NCBI GenBank assembly: GCA_028023455.1
Contig: JAQFVV010000003.1
Span: 2,914,001 to 2,978,000 of the forward strand
Reading direction: 5' to 3'
Length of the DNA: 64,000 nt
Origin: Epiperipatus broadwayi
Lineage: Eukaryota; Animalia; Onychophora
A model generated the notes under the pieces. The model searched no databases. It saw nothing but the letters and a program-made list of their open reading frames with translations, and was not told where the DNA came from. The number at the start of each line of letters is the position of its first letter. Position 1 is the first letter of the stretch. Position numbers and translations under genes: made by a program. Positions 42,140 through 57,232 of the stretch are shown here, piece after piece.

Positions 42140-43190
42140 TGTAACAACAAAGAAAAATAGGGAAGGCTTGAAATACTGAAATTATCTTTATCACTAGTCA
42201 GATCGTTGTCTATAATTAAAATTTATAAATCTTAATTAAAATCGAAAAACAAATCGTTTATCAGTTGTTGTCAAATGATTTGAATTCAGCTTGTTGCCTT
42301 TAATTAGAATTGTCAATCGCAATTAAGATCGAAAACTAATCGTTTATCAGTTGTTGTTGAATGATTTAAAATAGCTAAAAATGGTATTTCGAGCCTTATC
42401 TGTTGAAAATATTTTGCTAATTAAATGTTGTTTTTAAAGGGATCATAGAGATAGGGTTGGAATATGAAATTGCATTCTGGGCGATATTAAAATGTTATAA
42501 AAGAAGTCACAGAACAAAAGGAGAGTTTTACTTTCAGTTTTTAGTTAAGTTCAGAGGAGTTTTTAGTCAGTTGAGTTTAATTACTTTTAAGAAGTCAACA
42601 CAAGTTCTGCATGATGAAGCGTGAGTAGTGGAGCCATCCGCCTTTCTTTTCCCTCTCGGAGGACTATCTACCAGCCGTAAAAAATTCCACCTTACCGGCC
42701 ATATGAGATGATGTAGAAGTGCCAACCTGCTTGCCCACTGCTATGCTGATATCTTAGATAAAATCATGTAATTTAGAGCTGCCTTAATACGAACATTCAC
42801 GGGTGATTTATAATTTGTAGCTAAGTTAATTCATAGATCCATTTATGATATTTTTCTAGTTTTGCTCGTAAACTCTCTCTCTATAATCCTTTATTAATAC
42901 TTATATAATTCTAAATATACGTTGCTTTCACGTTTAATTTATGTTTATATAACTTTATGTGGCTCAGTTAAATGTATACAACTTATTTTGTTTAAGATAT
43001 ATATATATTTTCTCTAATATGTCGGTATCAATCAATCTCGCGATTTTAATTAAATTCATTAGTAAAACTATATTCATTTATTTATTTAAAATAGAAATTG
43101 TTCGCTAGGTTGGTTGTATACTTAAAGGTATTTTATTGTGAATGCTTATTTTACTTTGTTGTTTAGTTGCCATTATAAAAGATTGCAACA
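42140..43190. mobile_element. Possible LTR-like segment with an 87-bp internal tandem duplication
   Basis: TGTAAC...GCAACA ends; duplication at 42241 and 42328; retained CpGs; TSD only 3 of 5. Confidence 0.3.
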
Positions 43191-46100
43191 CCTAATATAA
43201 AATTTTACCCTTCTCTTACCATTGCCCGGAGAGCTAATTCTTTAGTTAATACATATATGGGAATCTAAACATAAATGTAAATTTTATTAGTTTAATGATG
43301 TAGAAAGAGTTATTATTTTATTACACTTTGTTAAATGACTCAGGATTGAAAACAGATTATTGCACAAGAGGTTAGACAATTTCAAGTTTTAAAATAATGT
43401 TATAAAATTATATTCATGTCCAATAACATTGCTGGCATACCATCCACTTTATTCTGATATTTTATCTTCTCCATTTCTCGATTGTTCAGTCATTGGGAAC
43501 GTCTAAAGCTCCCATCCTATTTTTCAAAAATCATTTGTAATCAGGAACACTACTTACTGTGGAATGTAAAGTTTATGAGGATTATGTGCTGCGGATGGCA
43601 GTACATAATGATCTGGGATCTCAAACTCAGCCTCTCCTTTGATATCGCTCCACCAGAATGCACGGACATATCCAATCTAAGTTCGTTTCAAATATTCTTT
43701 TAAAATGATAAAATATCCACAATCGCCATGAGGCTTTATTTCATTATTGTATGCTAGTACCGTTACCATCCACCTAATCTTTAGTAAGTCACAATGATGT
43801 GTTAAAGATAATGATTCATTTCGTAAAAATACATTTAGTTCATTGATTTAAGCGGCTTTCTTTTAAAACCGTTATCGATTCCCATAGACGTAAATCTAAT
43901 TTATATTAATGATTGCATAACTTACTCTCGTAAATAAAGCGCATTGTTTGCTTCTTATTTCTAAAAGACATCTTTGCCAAACAATGTGAATAAAAGTATA
44001 AATAATGGTTCTCCTAAGAAATACATGATTGAAATCATATATTTTGCCCATTATCAAATAAATCATTTACTGTTAAAACTGTCACGATCTTTTATATTTA
44101 ATTTCGGCATCCACAATGCTCCATAGCAAAAGTTTTCTTTAATTAGCTTATTAATGCCGCATAAGTTATAAAACACTATAAAATTGTATCTGTAAAATTA
44201 TATTTATTAAATGAGTGATAGAGGGGATTTTATACGACAAATTCCCAAGTCTTGTAAATAAATAATATTGTCCCAAGCATGAAACTAGTTGGTAAAATAT
44301 ACATACGTTTCCTAAATCTTTTGTAATATATATATGCGTTTGTTTAATATTTAATAAATATATCTATTTCATGTAAATCCTGGTTTGTCATTGAATTATT
44401 AGTTTCGAGTTAATATTTAGAACTACTTTCTTTAGATAAGAGCTTAGCATTAATAAATAACTATAATAAATGTAATTCCTGGGCTACTCCAAACTCAATC
44501 ATCATCATCAGTCTGATCTTATGTTCTACTGCTTTGCTTCTGGGCACGGATTTAAAATAATTTTACTGTGTCATCAGAATTGTTGTTCATTGGGTCAGAG
44601 ATTCGAAGAATAGGCAAATCTGCTCCAGACCTGTGTATCTCGAGCATGATCGGATTCAAGGTACTTTTGCTTAGGATTTGAATCTTGTTAAGTGAGCATA
44701 CTATTTTGACCGGTACAATATAAAGATAAATTTAAATTGTTTTCAATTAATAAATATTGTTAAATTTATTTTAAATTTAAGGAGGTCTCTGATTTATTTA
44801 AATTATTTGTTTTATTTTTATAATAAAATAAAATTGAATACATATACCCACATATACATATCATCCTGACTTAACATCATGATAACTTGATTGGAAAGAA
44901 TTTTGAGAATGTATCAAACTTATATAAAAGTATTATTATTGCTACAGGATATCAATTGACCCCTAAAGAGAGTTAAGTATAAATTTAAATCTGAATTTGA
45001 ATACTGAGCATAACAGAATAATAACGAGGTAAGTGAAGATTGTATGAACTGGTCTAAGTTGTATTTGTACGGAATGTTTAAACATTAAATTATGATATTT
45101 GAAATAGATGCGATCATGGATTAGACTTTTATCGCATCATTCATGGCATCCTACATGAAGACCCTAGGTCTGACTATAGTTAGATGCATTCATCCTCATT
45201 CCTTAAGGGAACATGGATCGTTACAATATATATAATGTAGATCAAAAAAGTTACTGAATAAAGAGGTAACTAATTATACTTGTGGGAAAGTACAGACATT
45301 CTTTATTAAAATATCATTAAGAATAACTGTTTCTTCTTTTAGATTTTTCATATCCAATTATGAGCCCTTTCAATATATTCATGTCATTTATCATAACACA
45401 CCCACATATATATATATATATATTGTAACATTTTTCACATTTTGATAGATCTGGTAGGCCATCTTTTACTCGCTGTAAATTTAGTGAAAGTTAATCAAAC
45501 TATGGATAAGAAAATATTTTGTTCATATTTCTAAAAACATAGCTACATTTCCTGATTAACTGGCCTACTGATTATTTAGACTTACGCTAATGACAGACTC
45601 AGTTTTTTATTTCTATTTATAAGGGTACCAGGATTCATATATGAATCCGCTGAAATCTGTCGCATCGCGTCTTGAAAATTAAAAAGGAAAATGATTTTAA
45701 AAAATCTAGGTCACAGTTTATTCCAACTAAGATTATTTTCTAAATATTATCCCTGGAGCATAATTAATAAATATTGGTAAAGGTAAATTATACTTTCAAA
45801 TCTTAATAAACTAATATTAATAAATTTAATAATAGTCATAAATAATGTACAAGGAAAAGTTGAGATTAGAAATATTTTATTCTAACAAATTAAAATGTTT
45901 AAGGAGAAATTACTAATTAATTGGAAAGCAATCATACTAATTCAGATATAATTCAATTAATTAAACAGTTAAACAATTAAAGTTCTTAAGTACACAAATT
46001 TCTTCTTAAATAATAATTTTTAATGTCTCTATCAGGATCCTATTATAAGATTATTGAAAAGTGCTTTGCAAATGCTTCATTTTGTCACAATCAGGAATAG

Positions 46101-49100
46101 TTCATCTTAACTTACTGGTAAGTTTCGCAAGTTCATGAAGGTTGTAGATTACTATGCATAGTTTTTTTATGTGGGAGAATGAGCTTGGCTATAGTTATAA
46201 GTTGATCTCGATCTATCCTAATGGTTGATCATGAAAGCTTTTCTGGTGTCCGTCTTCAGGAACGATGTCAGAAAAAGCCTGTCCCCTCCAATATGCAGAT
46301 TTATTTCAGTGTAGAGTGGTCCTGGATATATTTTTGTTATCCAGGACCAACCAAAAAAAAAACAGACAAGATGCTGATTAAACTGGTCTCTTCCTTTTTA
46401 TACTCAAGGTCCAGTTTTCAGACTTTTGCACATACCTTTTGTTTTTGTCGAAAATACACGATAATCCTGTGCATTCTTTTATATTTTTCAGTTACAAAGT
46501 CTTTATTTTGTTAGCATAATTCTGCCATCTTTAATTAGCTAAAAAAAAAATTTCTTTTAGCTTATCTGGATTAGTAATTTGTGTCTTTTGTTCTTTCCAA
46601 TTTTTACATTTATTTTTAATTAAATAAAAAAAAAATATGGACAAAAAATTTAACTTTCATTGTGTGTTTTTAAAAAAATAAATTATACAAACCAAAAATT
46701 TTAATTGCTTCTTTTTAACAAGATCACTAAATTTACTTTTTTTTTTTCTTAGCTTTTAAATATCTTACCAAATGCCAATATATTTGTACCATATATAAAT
46801 AAATGGTACAATATATATATATACAGTGGAGCTGTAATACCTGCTATATTTAATTCCAAGATTTTCTCATGCATAGTAGCTTGCATTTTATTATAAACTT
46901 TGATTAGAATAGAATACATATTGTTTATTAAAATACACGTATAAAGAACTTTTCAACATGCATATATATATAACAAACATTTCTCTTTAAGTAATGAATT
47001 CATATATAAATTAAAATTATAATATAAGTAATGTAAGGAAAAATTTAAAAATAATAATGTAGTTATTAATGATAAAATGATGGGGGGGAGACATATTTTA
47101 TTGAATGTATGAACACTCATTCATTTATTGAAAATATAAGAATAAGAACATTACTGTTACTGTATTTTTATTTTTTAAATAAAATGAGTAGTGAAATATC
47201 TGATTTTTATTGCAATTAAATATCCTTTGGATGATACTTTTTTTTTCATAATAATACTCTTGTTATCAAGAAACTATGATCTCTAATTGCATCAACTTTC
47301 AATATATTCTTAAATGATTTAAAACTTTCAGGATTATGTGAAATATTACATATCAAAATCAGAAAAGATAATAAATAAAGAATAAAATGTATGTGCTTTT
47401 AACATAAGCCAAGCCAAAGAAATTTTATCAGTAAACATGATTATGTGCAATGCTCCGACATAGAAAAACAGCAGCTAGAATGTTGTAAAATTTATTTACA
47501 AATTTTAATTTAAAAAAATATGATCACATCTGGGCACTTGGAGATGGAAAAATGGCTACTCACTAATTTGCAAATTTTAATATGTTTTTTATTGATTTAT
47601 TATATTTTTAATTGTTTATTTACATTTTTTTTTTTTTTGCATAAAATATAATTGAATTCATGTGTATTGAAATAATGTAGTTTTCAGCTTCTTAGTGTCC
47701 AAATCCCTTAAGATATTTTAAAACATTTATACCCAATAAAAACATAGGGTTTATGATTATATTAATGCTACTTATTTTTATCATAGAGTTAATAAAATTC
47801 AATGGATAGTTTAGTTTGGTGGTAGAGTGATTAACTTGAGAGTTAAAAATTTCTGAATCAAAGCTCAAACTATCACTTCTGGTGAATGAACAATATGACC
47901 TCCAAAGAAATTAATATTCCATTTGTTAATATGGGAAATTTATATTGTCCACAATACAAATTATTTTACCCAACATGAAAAAATTATTATTTGTGAACAT
48001 AATTTTACTTTAGGAAGCCAATATCTTTGTTTATGCAAGTGAATGTATCAACTGTAAAATCAAACTACCAAGACGTGGCATTTGTTTGTAAACTCACAGA
48101 GTAATATGTATGTGAATGTTTAAAATTAGTAAGTAAAAGATTTATAACTTTAAGATTAGAAAGGGATTATTTTCTAAAATGAATAATAGTCTAATTAATG
48201 AGAGTAGAATAAGGTTAATGAAATGAAACAATTAAATGAATTTGAGTTAGATTCCCTTTCTAAGATAAACAACAAACTATAAAAATAACTCATTAATTAA
48301 AGACAGAAAGATAATAATGTAAATTCTTATATAGAGCATTGAAATGAAGAATCACCTGAACAGATGGATAGAGGACTAATCAATCAATTGCAAAGATTTT
48401 AAAACAATGAATGGCTCAGTGCTAATCAGATGAACAAGGCTTCACTTAATCCTTGGCGATTCATCTATACACACTGACATATATGTTGGAGCAGATTGTC
48501 TCCCATGGTATAGTGACCTCAAGTGCAGAGAGCTAACATCTGAACATGAGAACAGTCAGCTAGGACACTTAAAGGTCATATTGATCTTAATTATTATTTG
48601 TGTATGTCTTCAGGCCTTGTAAATAATTAAACGCATTCAAAAAAAATGAACTCTTTACTTAAAAACATTCTACTCCAAAAATGGAATGTAACTATTTGAA
48701 AAAACACATTCAAAATCGAATCTAATGTTACAAGTGAAAAATATAAAAATAAAAATCTAAGATCACTCATAAATTTATGAGAAAAGATTCATAAAATTGG
48801 TTGGAAAAAAGATATTGATTTATAGTGAGTTGTCTACATGATCAGCATTTTATGGTCTCACAAATATGTACTGGAAGTCAAAATAAAAGCAAATAACTTA
48901 TTTGTATAGTGCATACGATTAAATCTCAAAAGAAGCCAGAATAATTGAATGGAAAAGAAGAATAGATTGAAATTTAACTTACTTAAGTATTTATGATTAC
49001 TAACTATAATTCAATTAATTTTATAAAAACTAATTAGTAGATACTTGCTGCTAATGAAAATCTTACAGAATCTTGCATTCACTAAATAAACCATATAAGA

Positions 49101-50059
49101 AAATACAATAAAATAGCCCACACAATAACTATAAAAAATTTTAAAAAAAAGCAAAAGAAATAAAAATTGAATATGCAAAAAATTTAGTTTTTGACAATAT
49201 TATGTATGAAAAATAGCAGTTTGATCAAGAATACATTGAACATTTATTGTTAGATAATAAATTATTTATTGAATATGTTCCAGATGAATTTAGTTCCAAA
49301 TTTTTCTTTATTGTGTTAAGATGATTATATATGGATGTAGATTATTATTATGTGTTACTTCTTTAAAGAGTCCGTGTTGGTTAAGATAAAAGAAATTATT
49401 TACCAGATGATAATTCCCTAGTCAAGACAAAGTTTTGTATATTTATTGATGAACTTATACAAAATTTTGTTCCTTGACAACCACTATCATCAATTTTAAA
49501 TCTATTAAATTTGAAGACTTTTATTTTTTCTTGTGAAATTAGTCGAAATAATAAATCAAGAAGAAGATATCAACTTTATATGATTGTAAACCCCAAGATC
49601 TTTGGTGGAAATTATTGATAGAATTACGGCTAATTCATCAATTGAATTTGTAAAGACAAAACAGATGAATCTTATGTTTTAATTATTGTATAGATTTCAA
49701 ACAATTTAAGAAATTATCCCAGAAAAGAGTTAATTAATTTCATAAAAGTATCATAAATAAATCATACAATAGAATATATCTCTATATAACAGCAATAATT
49801 GTATAAATATAATAACAATAATAATTTCAACAAATTTTGATTTTTGCCCTTTTCAATGTGTTGAAACCATTTTATAATTTGAGTCTACACTGCATACATA
49901 AGAGAGGGAAAAACCTATATAAAAGTATGCTATATAATTTTCCATTCATTTATCATTAGCCAAGTATTAGTTAAATTAATTGATTTATATATATATTCAT
50001 ATAATTGTTTATTATAATTAATACAATTGGTTTCATGTATCTTCTTTCTATTAAATTCT

Positions 50060-51130
50060 TTAATATAGTTTAAATGTTTTATATTTTTACACAATCTATT
50101 TTATGTCCAAATTTTAAATAATGACTATAGAGGGCAGATTTATCATCTATTAATTGATTATGTTCTTTTGCTGTTTCATCTAATTGTTTCCCTGTAAGTC
50201 CATAGTTAATCATACTGCAATTTCCACAAGTAATTTTATATATAATTCCTTTTTTATATTTCATATCATCCCTTATTTTATAATTATCTATTAATTTGTC
50301 AAGATTTTTACTATTTGCCCAACCAATATTAATCCTTTTATCTATATAATTTTTATTTTTTAGTAATGTATAATAAATTTTAAGGAAGTATGAAAATTTT
50401 TATTATTCTTAGAGTTGCTATTATTATTTATAATAGAATTATTATTATTATTTAAATTAGGTGGTTTACAATTAAAAAGTACATATTCAATACTCTTGGG
50501 GATGCTTTCAATAATTTTTGTATAATTCAATAAACTGTTCCTTTTGTGAAGTAACTATATTTTTATCTATATTACATTTATCGTTTTTATGTTTAAAATT
50601 TTTAATAACTGCCATCTTTTATATCTATGCTTTTTGTGAATCTATAGAAATTATTTTTCTTAATTTATCTTCTTTAATGAAATGTTTTAATATAATTTTG
50701 TTATCATTATCTATATTAATTGCTATCTTTAAATATTTTATTTTAACATTAAATTCCATTTTTGTAAATGTAATATTATTATCATCATCAACTATTATCA
50801 ATCCACTGCAGGATGAAGGCCTCTCCAAGTTCAATCCACCTCCGATCTTTAACTTCTCTTCTCCACATCACCCCTGCACACTTTCTTATTTCATCCATCC
50901 TTCTCACATGTGGTATCTTGATGGGTCTTATACAATATATTATTATTAAATTTTTTATAAACATTATTTATAGTCCTTTTGTTATCAATTATTAAGGTAT
51001 CATCAATATATCTACAATAATGTATTATTTCTTGATTTATTATTCTTTTTTTAATTATTTTAATTTTCAATTCATTAATATTGATGACATTAAACAAGTA
51101 AGTGCATAACCCATTACTCATCCTTTATAC
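50060..51130 (-). mobile_element. Decayed Penelope-like element (RT plus GIY-YIG endonuclease)
   Basis: ORF 50891-51121 (MSNGL..YCRYIDD), ORF 50625-50834 (ITFTKME..KYLKIAI) and ORF 50079-50264 (GIIYKITCGNC..YGLTGKQL..KEH). Confidence 0.85.
50783..50936 (-). mobile_element. 5'-truncated RTE-type LINE 3' end inserted into the Penelope RT
   Basis: Minus strand ends GAGAGGCCTTCATCCTGCAGTGGAT...(GAT)n, typical of RTE 3' ends; 10-bp TSD ATATTATTAT (50773-82, 50937-46). Confidence 0.8.
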
Positions 51131-53078
51131 ATAGTCCAATATTCATTAATGTATTTAAAATATAAACTATTATGTATTACTGTTAAACCCTCTTCTATAA
51201 TATGTATTATATTTATATCATTAATGTGCATAGATAATTTCTGTATTAATATCTCTATAATTTTTATTCAATATTCATTGTAAAAATACCTTGGTTTCTA
51301 GTCAGTTGTATCTTAATTAGTTTTTTTATGATAGTCTGTACTTTTAATGCAAAATTCCCCATAACTAATAAAATATTTGCTATCCATTTGTCTAAATATT
51401 TACAAAATTTTTGTAGAATGATATCACTAAAATTAAATAATAATCTTGATGGATTGTTATCTCGACTAGAAATATTGAATTAGAATATAATTGTAAGCAA
51501 GTGGTGGTACTATTCATATTACAGATAATATAGTGAACTATGCAAAGCAAATAGACCTTTAAAGCATTTCCTTCATTTTTTTTTGTTGGACCCACAGACA
51601 TGAGTCTGTCATAAGACTTAATTTGGCACCCCCTTTCATAGGTGCCTTTGTGCAGTGAACAACATGTACACTCATTTGTGCTGGGCCTGATATTAATAAT
51701 ATAAATGTTCAGGCATTTATACAGAATATATATATATAAACACAGATAAAAGACAATGATAAGGTTCAGTATTCATAGGAATATGACCCTACACCCAACA
51801 GTAATGAAGATAACATTATATTATAATTGTATTTTTCTATTTTAGTCAGTGCATTTACCTGGCCAACCCAGATTAATCTGAAATCTACTTTACACCTTAA
51901 AAAAGTTAGACACCTATGCAGTAACAAATACTAGATCCCTAGCTAGATTAACTGGGGATCAACTACTTGAAAAAAAATTCTTAAACTTGCTCTGAATAAA
52001 CTTCCAATATTCATCCAATCACAATTCAAAAATCCATATCATGGCTATGCAATAACCACAGTACTACTAGCTTTTCATGTTTGTATATGTATATCCTAAT
52101 AGAAATTTGCAAAAAATTTTGATCAAGATCAACTGTATGTTTCTCTCCTTCTCTTCCTCTCTTTCTTTTTATCTCTTCTCCTTAAATTACATAACATTGT
52201 AAAGCACTATATTTTCAAACTGTCTTAATAATAATTGCATTTGTTGTTACCTGAAAAGATATATAATAACAAATCACTCTATTCCTTAACTTTTACAATA
52301 TATGATAAAATGGGAAGTTTTTTACTCTAGACTATTCATAGCAGTGATTACCAGATGATAATTTATTTAAACCCCCATCCTCAGATCAATTAGCTGCAAT
52401 TCAAAACATACAATATTTTGATTTTCAGTTTTTAGCTTGAATAGTAAAATGAAGTTTACTTCCACCTTTGAATCTGAATCTCATTGATAAAAGTATATGC
52501 AAAAAATCAGTCTGATGATGGGAATTTAAATACATTACTATTTGTTAAGGCTACATATAATTTAAATATTTCTAGCATCAAAAATTTTCATTGTATTTAA
52601 TTATTTTTGAATCATAGATTGGATAAAGTGAGCAAAAACATATTACAGTTCAGAACCTTCTAATTCAATATCTGATGCATTTTTATTGTCTCTAGACATT
52701 TTAATTTTGCCTTTACACATTTGCAACTCTCTCTAGCCATTTCAATTCTTTTCTTAAAAACTAGTTTGCAATGCCATTTACCAATAGAACTTATCAATTC
52801 TAGACTTATGTGATATCTGTACTATAATTTTATACAATTATTCTTTAATATTAAAAAAAAGTTAATGAATTATATATAGTTTATCAACTTTTAAAAATAT
52901 AAATAATGTATTGAAATGGTAAAAAACTTTTAATATATTTTCAAGTTATCTGCTTTTATCACATTTTTTACGTTAGCTTTATCATATCACAACCTTCCAT
53001 AAGCACAGAAGATATATTTTATGTACAATCATATAACATTTTTTTAGTATTACTAATAACACTAGTAAAAATAAATTA

Positions 53079-53186
<108 letters not shown>

Positions 53187-54269
53187 TTAACATTGCATTT
53201 GATAATTAATCTTCTTACAATATTATACACAAGTGTATTTAAACAAATGATAAGATTTTTACTACAAATATATTTGAAATCATATTTCAATTTAATTAAT
53301 TACTATTATTATTTATTAATAGATATCATCAATCTAATATTGATTTGTAACAATTATATAAGTAGTATTTTTTCCAGATGGTCTGCCATCTATTTGTTTT
53401 TTCAGACTTCATAATGTTGAATACATTATTATGATGATACAGACATTCATCTCAAAAATGGTCATACTTTTCTTTCTTTTTTTTTATCCATTGACAATTT
53501 TTTAATATGAACAAAATATAATCATTTTAACCTGGTCATTTGTGCCTCAAGCAAATATTCAATTTTAATTTCACTAGGTATCTATTTATTTGTGGCTGAT
53601 ATTTTTCTAGATAATGTCTGAGATAATATTTTTTGTCACAATCACTTCATATTTTGTTTGGTTTTTCTTTCATAATCAGGACAGAGATACTCACCTAATT
53701 AACCCAATTTGTCCTAAAAAGATGTAAAACAGGTCATTCCTAGCATGGAGGGCAGATATCTTGTGCAGATGATCTCCAGGAAATAAGCCCTGTACTGTCA
53801 TTGCCACTTTCTTAACCATTCATAGTTGCTGAACATTATTCATCTATCTGATCCATCATTGGGATTTTAAATTATTTTCTACCAATAGTCATTATCATGT
53901 CTCTTTTTACATACACATTTGGAACTGGCAATGGCATAATTGATTTTCACCAATCCCTTTAGATAAAAATGACTGTTTACAAGCCAGAAACAATAGAGGG
54001 TTCGTTTTTTTAAATAGCTGCTTGGTTGATTGATTTTAATATAAATTCTCTATGTTAATAGAATACAAAGCTAAACAATGTGCATTTCCTTCTTTTAAAA
54101 AAAATATCATTTGATATTTACATCGATTAATTGCTAAATAGTGAAATAATTGTAGTAAGTAGAAGGGTCCTTCTTAATCAGGTAATGGTCAGCCTTAATA
54201 ATATTTTTGTTTTCATCCACCAAGAACCACTAATTCAACACAGATTATAATTAATAATAGAGATGAATA

Positions 54270-55800
54270 AAAAGTTTATAGCAAAAGAAAGAGAATGCAT
54301 AAAGAAAAGAGAATATGGAAATCTTACAGCCAGAAAAGCATATAAAACTTTATAACTCAGAGTAACTTAAAAAACCTACAACAAGAGGCTAATTAGTTTA
54401 ACAGAATGTATAGCCAAAAAGATATAATTCTAATTATAATCAAAGAATATAAAACAAACTATAAATAAAAAAAATTCAACTTGGAACAGAGAATATAAGA
54501 ATTTAGCCAATGAAGGAGCCAGAAAGAATATAAACAGAAAAGAATATTGAACTTAAAAATCAAAAAAACATATTATTGGTCTTATATCCAGAAGAATAAA
54601 AAATTTAATACATCCAGAAGAGAACACCTAATTTATAGCTAAACAATATATCCAGTTTACACTAAAAGATAATATAGAATTTATAATTGTAGAATAATAT
54701 AGAGCTTATAAATAGATGAGCTTATAGAACTAATAGTGAAATACCAAGAATTTATAGACAGAAGAAGATATAGAACTTTACAGGCAGAGAATGATAAAAA
54801 ACTTATAGTCATAAAATTCAGAATTTATAATCAGACAATAAGAATATATGGAAATCTTACAACCAGAAAAGCATATAAAACTTTATAACTCACTGATTGT
54901 ATATATGTGTGGAGATAGTAATCTAGACCAACTGATGATTACTGGTTTAGCATGAAATACATATATTGGTGATTATTTATCTTTTCAATGTGTGTGTGAT
55001 CAGGTGGGTCAGAAATATGACATGGCATTGAGAGTAGTGAGTCATGTGAAAGTCTGAGTTTGAATCCTGCATATATTACATGTATAAATGCAGGTTTAAG
55101 CCTGTCCAATGTATTAATTCAGAGTAAGCAAAAAGAATACAGAAATGTATAATCTAGTAAAGATATTGAGCTGATAATCAAAGAAAAATATAAAACTTAT
55201 AGACAAAAAAAGTATAGAAATTACAGCCAGCTAGGAATATAGAAAGACTAGAATTTATAGCTAGAAGGAAAAAATAAAATTCACAAACTTTTGAATTAGA
55301 AAATAGAAAATTTATGACTGAATAATTTAGAATTATAGATAGAAATTGATATAAATTTATTGCTAGAAGATAATATTGATAACTAGAGGAAGATAAAGAA
55401 ATTATAGCTATATAAATATATAGAGCTTATAATAGGGGAAGGATATAAAACTTTGTCAGAAAATAAATTCTTTTAGCCATAAATGAATGATAATTTATAA
55501 TTAGAAAATTATATAAAAGATATGATCAGTAGAGGATATGCAATTTACAGTCACTAAGAGAATATATAACTTATAATCAGAAAAGAATGTGAAATTAATT
55601 ACTCAGCAGGATATAAAACCAGAGCAAGATATAGAAATAACTTATAACCAGAAGAAAAGATAGAACTTAATGTCAAAATAGACATAAAACTTAGAAAACA
55701 CTGAACTTATCATAAATAAAATACTTTAAAATGTTATTGGTAAAGACAATGTAGAATTTATTACCATAGATGGATAAAGAACTTACAGAGAAATAATTAT
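54270..55800. repeat. Degenerate ~23-25-bp minisatellite (approx. consensus AGAAGRATATAGAACTTATAGCC)
   Basis: Recurrent AGAATATA/AACTTATA/GCCAGAA blocks; a ~50-bp higher-order duplicate at ~54310 and ~54843. Confidence 0.7.
54893..55010 (+). mobile_element. Hammerhead-like repeat family 2 inserted in the minisatellite (motif 54927-54970)
   Basis: ACCAA-CTGATGA-[ttactggtttagcat]-GAAA-TACATATA-TTGGT; helix I ACCAA/UUGGU; homologous to 60685-60800 and 60190-60300. Confidence 0.65.
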
Positions 55801-57232
55801 TCAAAGAAAACAACGTAACTTTTTCTCATAAAAAAATGTCAGCTTAAGGATATAAAACTTAGTATCAATTTTTGGCTAATAAAAAAGTTTATATTTTTTT
55901 ACTAGATCATAGGTAAAGGTATTATAATTTATGACAAAAGTGATAATTCTTTTTTAAAAAAGAAACATTATGATAAGATGTGTCAGAAAGTGAAGTTTAT
56001 AATGCATTTTAAAAGAAAATTCTGTGTTAAATCTATACAAGTAAAGATTTGTTTCTTTTATGTGAAGATTTGTTTCTTTTGTGTGAATTATGCTACTATA
56101 CTTGACTTAGACTTGAACTGTGGATCTTGTTTTGGTTTTACAATGAAAACTTAGTATCAACAAATACATTAATTTTCATAAACATATCAGATAATTTCTT
56201 TACTTCCAACAATCATTACAAACATAAAGTAAAAGAATGGTCACTAGATATAAGTTTAGATACTTTCTTATCCAGATTTTTGGTTAATTAACTTTCATGT
56301 GGAAAAAGTCACTGTCTTATCAATAGGAACCACATAGCTAGATTTAGAAATGAGATAGACAAACTTGCTTCAAAAAGCTAAAATTTGCATTGCAAAAATA
56401 GGTCAAAGTTTAATTTCTAGTTTCAGTTAACAAATAATCTACATTTTGGTTATATTTTTGTTGAAGTTTATGTGTAAATGTAAATCACCACACAGTTGTT
56501 TTTCTAGATTAGTTATAGAAATATTTATAAATACAAGATCCGAAGAGTTTCATTGCAAATTGCAAAGTTTGTTTATATTGCAATCTAGTTATCATTATCT
56601 TACTCAATACTTAATTTTATTTCATTATTTAAATAAAATAATCATATTAACCATATTTCAGTGCTTTTTATTTTCTTTTAGTGTTTTTAATATGAAGAAG
56701 ACTGCAAGATTAATTGAAAATATTAAATGGAGAAAATAAGAAGTGGAGAAATGTAGCAACATTATTAATTTATTTAGAAAATTATGTTCAATGTCAAATA
56801 TCAGGAAGAGAAAGACATAAAATTAAATATGAGATTTCTGTAAAATTAATCTATAAATTCAGAAGTAGTTATATATATATTTAAAAATTATTGCTTTCAA
56901 AATTTATTTCTTGAAATTAATTTTTAAAATCAAACTCAAAATTTTCTCACTCTTAAATATATTTTGCTTCAAACTTCTCATTTAAGGAATATTTTAAATG
57001 ATTTTTATAGATTAGACTAAACATTTGTTTTAGAAAGATAAAATATGAAAAATAGATTAAATTTTTATTTTTTGATTAACAAATAATCTAGACTTCTACT
57101 TATGCTTATTATATATGTAAATCATAACGTGAAATTTTTTTTTCTGGATTAGTTCTTGAAGTATTTGTATATATATATACAATTTTCTCCTTCTTCTTCC
57201 TTCTTTCTTTATGTATTGATTTCTATATTTAC

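Noticed and set aside
46775-46822. Small TGTACCAT/ATGGTACA hairpin
   Set aside because: Short and AT-rich within TA repeats; plausibly chance.
48080-48735. Possible solo LTR
   Set aside because: GC-richer patch, but no TSD or second copy to support boundaries.
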